NCBI GenBank assembly: GCA_040902705.1
Contig: JBBDWT010000015.1
Location: forward strand, 1-51,974
Source: Acidimicrobiia bacterium
Lineage (GTDB): Bacteria > Actinomycetota > Acidimicrobiia > IMCC26256 > PALSA-555
Direction of reading: 5' to 3'
DNA: 51,974 bases
Positions 8,816 to 14,948 of the stretch are shown in pieces. Within the stretch, counting starts at the first letter, position 1; each line of letters opens with the position of its first letter. The position numbers were made by a program, and so were the translations under genes. A model generated the notes under the pieces. That model saw only the letters and a list, made by a program, of their open reading frames with translations, was not told the origin of the DNA and did not search any database.

Positions 8816-8905
8816 GTGAAGAGGGTGTTCGCACGTCTTGCCATTATCGGTTCGAGCATTGCTGCGCTGCTGCTTGCAGGTGGCGCTAGCCGCATCTGGC
8901 GGTAA
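8816..8905 (+). CDS. candidate 29-aa small membrane/signal-like peptide upstream of the HD-domain genes
   Basis: Own reading; it is below the ORF-track cut-off. GTG at 8816 is preceded by GGGGGGA 8 nt upstream, and TAA is at 8903-8905. Translation: VKRVFARLAIIGSSIAALLLAGGASRIWR (basic N-end, one hydrophobic helix). No homology evidence is possible here. Confidence 0.3.
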   Translation: MKRVFARLAIIGSSIAALLLAGGASRIWR

Positions 8906-8959
8906 ACCGTGCAAAGGCGATAGCCGAGATCCTGCCCAGTTCGTCCGATCCCGAAGCCA

Positions 8960-10285
8960 ATGACAGCGACCCGAGATCGCCTACTGACGGTTCTTTGTAT
9001 TGGCGTGTTCACGGTCGCGGTCGCGTCCGCTGTTGTTCTGGCGATTCTTGGGCCCAGTCCCGATTTCGTAGCGCTCGCCATCTTCGTCGCGCTCTCAGTC
9101 TTCGCCGCCGACACGAGCGTTGTGTTGCCCAACGATTCGGCGCTTAGCGCGAGCTTCATGCTGTGCGTCGCGTCGGTCGTCGTCTTCCATGGCGATGCGC
9201 AGTATCTCGGACCACTCATTGTTGGCGCCGGGGCCGGCGTCTACCTGCCGCACTTGCGCGAACACGAGTGGCGAAAGGTGCTGTTCAACTCGGGCAGCCT
9301 CGGTCTATCGGCCCTTGCCGCAGCAGCGATCTACGGCGTTGTTCCGAGTGCTGTTCTTGAGTCGGTCCCGGGCGAGCTTGCCGCGGCGATTCCGACGGCT
9401 CTCACGTACTCGCTCGTGAACTACTTGTTGCTGACCGTCGTACTCGCTCTCCACGAGAACCGTCCACTCACGAAGGTGGCCGACGAACTCTGGCTCGGCG
9501 ACCTCCAGATCTATCCGTTCGCGATCATGGGTGTGCTGCTTGGTGAGTTGTACCTGGATCTCGGAGCATGGCTGGTGCCGTTGTTCGTGGCGCCAATCCT
9601 CATCGCGCGAGCGGCATTCGCTTCGTATCTCGCGCTGCGCGAGGCACAAGAAGCGACGCTTTCAACCCTGATCCGTACGCTCGAAGCAAAGGACCGTTAC
9701 ACGGCGGGTCATGTCGAACGCGTGGCGACGTATGCCGAGTTGATCGCCGTCGAGCTCGGGTTCCGACACAGCCAACTCGTGCGGCTCCGCTACGCAGCAC
9801 TCCTCCACGACATCGGCAAGCTCGTCGTGCCGAACCAGATCCTCAACAAGCCGGGTCGCCTGACGGAGGCGGAGTTCGCTCAGATGCGGCGGCACGAATC
9901 TGCATCCCTCGACATGCTTCGGCGCATCGACTTCCTGGCGCCGGTGGCGCCGAGTCTCGAGGCCGGGGCCGCAGGCGACCGCTCCGGGCCCGTGGAGGCA
10001 CGAATCATCGGTGTCGCCGATGCATTCGACGCCATGACATCCACGCGGGCCTATCGACGCGCGCTCAGTCAAGAGGTCGCGTTCTCCGAACTCCGAGGGA
10101 AGGCAGGCACGCAGTTCGACAGCGCGTGCGTCGAGGCCTTGATCACGGTCATCGAACGAAGTGGCGATCGCTACGGCGCCGGGCACGAGGTCGAAGTGGC
10201 CGACTACGCAGTGCCGCCGCCGGTAGCGGGGCTCGGTTCGGCTGGCCTCGGTGACCTCGAGCGAGAGCAGGGAGTGAAGCAGTGA
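8960..10285 (+). CDS. polytopic membrane protein with a C-terminal HD-domain (HD-GYP-related, GYP absent) phosphohydrolase
   Basis: 441 aa. The first ~230 aa are multi-TM. They are followed by EAKDRYTAGHVERVATYA...AALLHDIGKLVVP...LNKPGRLTEAEFAQMRRHE...GVADAFDAMTSTRAYR. This is the HD-GYP-superfamily layout, but the GYP loop is missing. Confidence 0.85.
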   Translation: MTATRDRLLTVLCIGVFTVAVASAVVLAILGPSPDFVALAIFVALSVFAADTSVVLPNDSALSASFMLCVASVVVFHGDAQYLGPLIVGAGAGVYLPHLREHEWRKVLFNSGSLGLSALAAAAIYGVVPSAVLESVPGELAAAIPTALTYSLVNYLLLTVVLALHENRPLTKVADELWLGDLQIYPFAIMGVLLGELYLDLGAWLVPLFVAPILIARAAFASYLALREAQEATLSTLIRTLEAKDRYTAGHVERVATYAELIAVELGFRHSQLVRLRYAALLHDIGKLVVPNQILNKPGRLTEAEFAQMRRHESASLDMLRRIDFLAPVAPSLEAGAAGDRSGPVEARIIGVADAFDAMTSTRAYRRALSQEVAFSELRGKAGTQFDSACVEALITVIERSGDRYGAGHEVEVADYAVPPPVAGLGSAGLGDLEREQGVKQ

Positions 10286-11466
10286 GCCGGAGAGTTCTGC
10301 TCGTTGCGATCGCGCTCGTCGGCTGTCTCCTGGCCGGTGCTGCCTCGGTAGCTGGAGCCAAAGAGGCGCTTCCTGACCTCATCATTCTCGCGACTGCGCT
10401 CGTCGTCGCAGAGCAGTTCGAACTGCGGCCGTACAACCGCGCGGCGATTCCGCTTTCCTTCGCCGGCGTCATCGTTCTGGTTCGCGCCGCGGATCCCGCC
10501 GAGTTCGTGGCCATCGTTGCGGTGGCATACATCGTGGCGGTAGCGCTTCGGCCCGAACCTAGCGGTCTCTCGCAGCGATGCGCCCTCTACGCGGAGCGGA
10601 TCGTCGAAGCCGTTGGTGCCGGCATCTTGTTCCATTTCGTTCTCGAGTTCGCCGAGAGTGAGGATGCAAAGGCGATCGTCCTCGGCGGCCTTGCTGTCGC
10701 CGCTGCCTTCGAGATCCTCATCGCCGATCTCGTCGTGCTCATTCGCGATCACAGGATCGCTCCGGTACGGGCGCGTGGCGCAGACGTCGCGCTCGTGACC
10801 TCGGGGATGCTGATGGCTGTCGGATATGACGGGATCGGCGGCGTCGGTGGGATCGGTCTGTGGGGCCCGCTTCTCTTCTCGATCCCCCTGCTGGCGGCTT
10901 GGTACTCGTTCGAGCTCCTGGCGTCGACTCGCCGCAACTTCCAACAGACCATCGAAGCCCTTGGGAGCGCCGCCGAGCTCGCCGGGCTTGTACGGCCTGG
11001 GCATGTCGAACGGGTAGCCGAGCTCACGGTGGCGATGGGCGACCAGTTGGGCATGTCCGAGACCGAGATCGAGCAGCTGTCGACTGCTGCGTTGCTGCAC
11101 CACCTCGGCGCGGTGTGCCTCGACGCGCCTGGTGCGGGAGCGCAACTCGATCCGGGTGCCGTCGCCGAGGCGGGAGCAACAATGCTCCGCGCGAGCGAGG
11201 TGCTTGCACCTGCGGGAGACATAGTCGCAGCAGAACCCTCGTTGCATCGCCCGCCGACGGCACACCCGCAGCCCGAGTCTGCGCTGTCCGGACAGGTGCT
11301 CAAGGTGGCAAGTGCGTTCGACGAGCTCACCGACGGTCGGGACGAGCACGCGTCGTGGGCGTTGGAAGCGCTCTACACCGGCCCGCTGTACGTCTACGAC
11401 GGTCGGGTTGTCGGAGCCCTGGAGCGCGTGCTCGACCGCCGGGGCGTGCTCGTCGCCCGCGTCTGA
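10282..11466 (+). CDS. paralogous polytopic membrane protein with a degenerate HD-like domain
   Basis: The GTG at 10282 overlaps the upstream stop (GTGA). Architecture matches the previous gene. The metal-binding HD dyad position reads AALLHHLGAV, and the other conserved His/Asp positions are largely lost (GHVERVAELT is retained). Confidence 0.75.
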   Translation: MSRRVLLVAIALVGCLLAGAASVAGAKEALPDLIILATALVVAEQFELRPYNRAAIPLSFAGVIVLVRAADPAEFVAIVAVAYIVAVALRPEPSGLSQRCALYAERIVEAVGAGILFHFVLEFAESEDAKAIVLGGLAVAAAFEILIADLVVLIRDHRIAPVRARGADVALVTSGMLMAVGYDGIGGVGGIGLWGPLLFSIPLLAAWYSFELLASTRRNFQQTIEALGSAAELAGLVRPGHVERVAELTVAMGDQLGMSETEIEQLSTAALLHHLGAVCLDAPGAGAQLDPGAVAEAGATMLRASEVLAPAGDIVAAEPSLHRPPTAHPQPESALSGQVLKVASAFDELTDGRDEHASWALEALYTGPLYVYDGRVVGALERVLDRRGVLVARV

Positions 11467-12035
11467 TTGGTGCGTCGCGAACCCTGGGTGCGGTTCGCTC
11501 CGCGCCGCCGATGTCGAGTGCCGTAGTACACGAGCTCGCAGATCCCGACGGCCATGATCAGATCGCCGAACGACACGACGCTGTCGAGCGGCTCGGGCAG
11601 CACGATGGTGTCCCCGAGAACGCCGAGCAGATCGTCGTCGGTCTCCGGTCGGTGCTTCACCGTCTGCTCGATCGTCTTCTCGATCCGGTTTCCCTGTGCG
11701 TTGTTCTCGATGTTCACCGTGGGCATGCCTTGGTTGAGCCCGATGACGAGCGCGTTCAGGCCGATCCCCACGGCAATCACACCGAACCCGCGCGTCTGGA
11801 GGTTCACGAAGCAGAAGGAGAGGATGAACGCATACGAGACCATCAGCAGGCCGTAGCCGACGGTCTCGATCTGGTCCGCGTCGAACTCGACGAACTCGAG
11901 CGCGATCTGAATCGCGAGTCCCGCGAACAGGAGCCAGATGCCGGCGAAGCGGAGCGCCGTGAGCTCCCGAAAGTCGCCCCATGTCACGATGACGATGAGG
12001 ACTGCAGCACCGATCGTCAGGACCAGGAGCCACAC
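11394..12035 (-). CDS. DUF5317-like small polytopic membrane protein with an Arg/Ser/Thr-rich C-terminal tail
   Basis: 213 aa. Four to five TM segments are followed by NQGMPV...IVLPEPLDSVVSFGDLIMAVG, which is the pattern I associate with DUF5317. The last ~40 aa (RHRRRGANRTQGSRRTNQTR...) overlap the 3' end of the convergent gene by 73 nt. Confidence 0.6.
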   Translation of the reverse strand: MWLLVLTIGAAVLIVIVTWGDFRELTALRFAGIWLLFAGLAIQIALEFVEFDADQIETVGYGLLMVSYAFILSFCFVNLQTRGFGVIAVGIGLNALVIGLNQGMPTVNIENNAQGNRIEKTIEQTVKHRPETDDDLLGVLGDTIVLPEPLDSVVSFGDLIMAVGICELVYYGTRHRRRGANRTQGSRRTNQTRATSTPRRSSTRSRAPTTRPS

Positions 12036-12068
12036 GGGGTCAACCTAGCGGGGCACGCCCGCGTTGCG

Positions 12069-12872
12069 ATGCCTACGATGCCTACGATGCCCGCGGTGGC
12101 CGAGCTCGAGTACCACGTCGCTGACGGTATCGGACGTCTGACGATCAATCGTCCCGAACGGCGCAACGCTATGTCGCAGGGCGTGCTCGAAGGATTGCTC
12201 GAAGCGCTGACGCAAGCACGAGACGACGATCGGGTGCGAGTCGTCGTGCTCACGGGCGCCGGCGATGCCGCGTTCTGCGCCGGTGCCGATCTCGGCGCGA
12301 TGGCTGCCGACGCCGGCCCGATCGCTTCGCACGATGGGCGGGGCCTGCTCGCGGACGTGTTCCACGCGCTGTGGGGCTTGGGCAAGCCGACCATCGCCCG
12401 GGTTCGGGGGTTCGCTCTCGCGGGTGGGTTCGGGCTCGCGATGTCGTGCGATCTCGTGATCGCATCCGATGATGCTCAGTTCGGGGCTCCTGAGATCAAC
12501 GTCGGACTGTGGCCGTTCATGATCACCGTTCCGTTGCTCCGCTCGATGCCACCCCGGATCGCTTTGGAGCTCATGACGACCGGACGACGAGTCGACGCAC
12601 GCGAAGCCGCACAGATCGGCTTCGTGAATCGCGTCGTTCCGGTCGTCGAGCTCGACCAGGTCGTCGACGGCTTCGCCGCGGATCTCGCCGCGAAGTCGCC
12701 ACTGGTGATGCGACTCGGACGAGATTCGTTCTACCGAGCGCTGGAGATGCGATCCGATGATGCGCTCGACTACCTGCAATCGATGCTCACGGTGACGTCG
12801 CTCTCGGAAGACACGGAAGAAGGTGTACGTGCATTCGTGGAGAAGCGTGCCCCCGAATGGCGAGGCCGATGA
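12069..12872 (+). CDS. enoyl-CoA hydratase/isomerase (crotonase) family protein
   Basis: Tail of ORF 10860..12872. Motifs: RPERRNAMS, VVVLTGAGDAAFCAGADL, ARVRGFALAGGFGLAMSCD. Three in-frame ATGs at 12069, 12078 and 12087 arise from a 9-bp tandem repeat. Confidence 0.88.
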   Translation: MPTMPTMPAVAELEYHVADGIGRLTINRPERRNAMSQGVLEGLLEALTQARDDDRVRVVVLTGAGDAAFCAGADLGAMAADAGPIASHDGRGLLADVFHALWGLGKPTIARVRGFALAGGFGLAMSCDLVIASDDAQFGAPEINVGLWPFMITVPLLRSMPPRIALELMTTGRRVDAREAAQIGFVNRVVPVVELDQVVDGFAADLAAKSPLVMRLGRDSFYRALEMRSDDALDYLQSMLTVTSLSEDTEEGVRAFVEKRAPEWRGR

Positions 12873-12874
12873 CT

Positions 12875-12928
12875 CGCGTGTCTGCAGACTCACGCGCGCT
12901 GCGCGTGTGACACGCCTTTTCTGAGTTT
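12875..12928 (+). terminator. cluster of mutually exclusive GC hairpins ending in a T-tract (terminator/attenuator-like)
   Basis: Three stems share arms: CGCGTG(12875-80)/CACGCG(12891-96), CACGCGC(12891-97)/GCGCGTG(12901-07) and GCGTG(12903-07)/CACGC(12911-15). They are followed by CTTTTCTGAGTTT. The cluster sits immediately after the crotonase stop at 12872. Confidence 0.4.
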
Positions 12929-13004
12929 CCCCCGTAGACATTACGAAGGCGCGTCGGTAGGTTCGACGGTGCTTCAGGGGCAGCGGGGGAAGCTGGGAAC
13001 TCTG

Positions 13005-13709
13005 ATGGATTCATTCGGCGATGCAGCTCCGGAGGAACTCCACCTCCTCATCGCGCAGTACCGCGACGATGCCTACCGATTGGCGCGTCGCCTCTCGCGA
13101 AGTCAGTACGAGGCGGAGGATCTCGCCCAGACCGCGCTGCTGAACGTGCTCCGGCGGGCGGAGTTCATCGTCGACGAGACGAAGATCCGGTCGTACCTGC
13201 TCACTGCAGTCCGGAACGTATGGCGGAACCAGCTCCGTGCACGCTCGAATCGACACATCGTCGGTTCCGACGTCGCCGAGATGATCCCGTCGGACGACCT
13301 GCTCCCGGAAGAGCAGGTGCTCACGGTCTTGGACGCCGCGCTTGCTTCCCGGGCATATGCGTCGCTCTCGCACACGAGCCGCGAAATCATTCGCCTGCGC
13401 TATGTCGAGGCGCTCGACTACCACGACCTCGCGGCTCAGCTCGAGATCACTCCAGTCGCAGCGCGACAACGTGCTCACCGAGCTCGCGAGGAGCTGGTCA
13501 GCGCCTGCATGGAGCTTGTGGCGGAGAGCGGAGAGGGGGCCTGCCGACAGACCCGCGCGCGTCTCGGTCGGTATCACCGCGGACTGCTCACGAGGAAGGC
13601 TCGCGCCGAACTGGCGGGTCACCTTGAAGCGTGCGCGCGTTGTGTCAATTGCTACGAGCAGATCGTCGATCTCTACGGGTCGCGCATTGATCCACGGAGC
13701 GATGCGTGA
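13005..13709 (+). CDS. ECF-type sigma-70 factor with a C-terminally fused ZAS (zinc anti-sigma) domain
   Basis: ORF 12969..13709; the ATG at 13005 is preceded by GGGGGAAG. Region 2 reads EDLAQTALLNVLRR...YLLTAVRNVWRNQLR. Region 4 reads REIIRLRYVEALDYHDLAAQLEITPVAARQRAHRAREEL. This is followed by C-x25-H-x3-C-x2-C (ACRQ...AGHLEACARC), the ZAS ligand pattern. Confidence 0.8.
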   Translation: MDSFGDAAPEELHLLIAQYRDDAYRLARRLSRSQYEAEDLAQTALLNVLRRAEFIVDETKIRSYLLTAVRNVWRNQLRARSNRHIVGSDVAEMIPSDDLLPEEQVLTVLDAALASRAYASLSHTSREIIRLRYVEALDYHDLAAQLEITPVAARQRAHRAREELVSACMELVAESGEGACRQTRARLGRYHRGLLTRKARAELAGHLEACARCVNCYEQIVDLYGSRIDPRSDA

Positions 13710-14896
13710 GTGACGCGACGCTTGATCGAGACGTTCGCGTCGTTGCTGCGGGTTACGGCGACTCGCTTCGCTTCCGCGTCGTGGTCGCGGTCTACTCCGC
13801 AGCAATTGCCGCCGCAGCGGTGTTCGCGGCTGTCACGGGTAGCGACGCTGATTGGGTTCCGGTCTTGTTGCTCGCCGCGCTCTTTGTGTTGGCTGAGCAT
13901 CGCGACCGCGTATTCACCGATGAAACCGGACTGAGCGGAAGCATCGCTGTCGCACTGTCGGCCGCGTACTTCGTCGCAAGCGACGGTTGGGTTGGTGGGG
14001 CCTTCTTCGTTGGTGCTGCTGGCGGTTTGTACGTGCCCCACCTGCATCACAGGGCATTCTCGAAGATCATCGTGAACTCCGCTTCGTTCGGCCTGTCTTC
14101 TCTAGCGGCAGCTGCCTCGGTCTTCGTTATGACGGAGCGGAGTAGTTCAGCGTTAGCCATCGCGATGTCTGTGGTACTCGCGACCGCGGTCTACTGGTTG
14201 ATCAATAGTCTGTTGCTCGCCGTCGCGACATCGGCGCTGAGCCGCGAGCCTGTGCTCGGGGACGTCGCGCAACTCGTTCGGTCCGACACGGTGATGCTCG
14301 TGTTCGGCCTCGGTGGGGCCATCTGCGGTGTCGTGATGACCGAGGTGGGGACGTGGACCGGGATCGCCACGCTGGTCGCGCTGCTGGTCGCGCTCGACGT
14401 GTTCGTCATCTCGGTTCCTGCGGGCTTGACCGTCCTCCGATCGGCGTGGGCCGTCATGCTTGCGCGTGGCGTGTCAGGGGGCGTCGCCGGGACTGTCGGT
14501 GCGTGTGTCACGCGGGTGGTCTCGATCTCGGTGCTCGGCGCGATCACCGGCTTCGCTGCCGGCATGGCCGCCGGCGTCGTCATCGTCGTGTTGATCCTCG
14601 GGGCGAGGTTGATCGTGAGCCAGCGGCGAGTCGATCCCGCACTCGTGGGCGGACTCGTCGTGATCGAGGTCGCATTTCCCGCGATCGCAGCAACGGCGGG
14701 AGTGGTGACGTCGCTCGCCGGATTGCGCGCGGGGCTCGTCGTCGCATCGGCGCTCGTGGTCGCTGGCTCGGTCGCAGTCGCGGTCCGCCGTCGGCGTTCG
14801 AAGGCCGAGCGGCCCGCCATCGAAGACGACACGCTGATGGCGGCGGTGGTCGAGGCAATGCTCGACGGCTTGCCCAGCCCCAGCCGCGATCGCTGA
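13706..14896 (+). CDS. polytopic membrane protein; its N-terminal module is paralogous to the TM module of the two HD-domain proteins
   Basis: The GTG at 13706 overlaps the sigma stop (GTGA). 396 aa with about 10 hydrophobic segments. GAAGGLYVPHLHHRAFSKIIVNSASFGLSSLAAAASVF aligns with GAGAGVYLPHLREHEWRKVLFNSGSLGLSALAAAAIYG in the 8960 gene. There is no soluble output domain. Confidence 0.7.
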   Translation: MSDATLDRDVRVVAAGYGDSLRFRVVVAVYSAAIAAAAVFAAVTGSDADWVPVLLLAALFVLAEHRDRVFTDETGLSGSIAVALSAAYFVASDGWVGGAFFVGAAGGLYVPHLHHRAFSKIIVNSASFGLSSLAAAASVFVMTERSSSALAIAMSVVLATAVYWLINSLLLAVATSALSREPVLGDVAQLVRSDTVMLVFGLGGAICGVVMTEVGTWTGIATLVALLVALDVFVISVPAGLTVLRSAWAVMLARGVSGGVAGTVGACVTRVVSISVLGAITGFAAGMAAGVVIVVLILGARLIVSQRRVDPALVGGLVVIEVAFPAIAATAGVVTSLAGLRAGLVVASALVVAGSVAVAVRRRRSKAERPAIEDDTLMAAVVEAMLDGLPSPSRDR

Positions 14897-14948
14897 CACT
14901 CCAGGCACTCGAACGCGCCTCGTCGTGGCGCGTGCGAGGATTGCCGAC

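Noticed and set aside
8849-8857. GGTTCGAGC resembling a tRNA T-loop
   Set aside because: There are no flanking T-stem, acceptor stem or anticodon arm. The motif lies inside the candidate 29-codon ORF. I found no tRNA-like cloverleaf anywhere in the intergenic regions.
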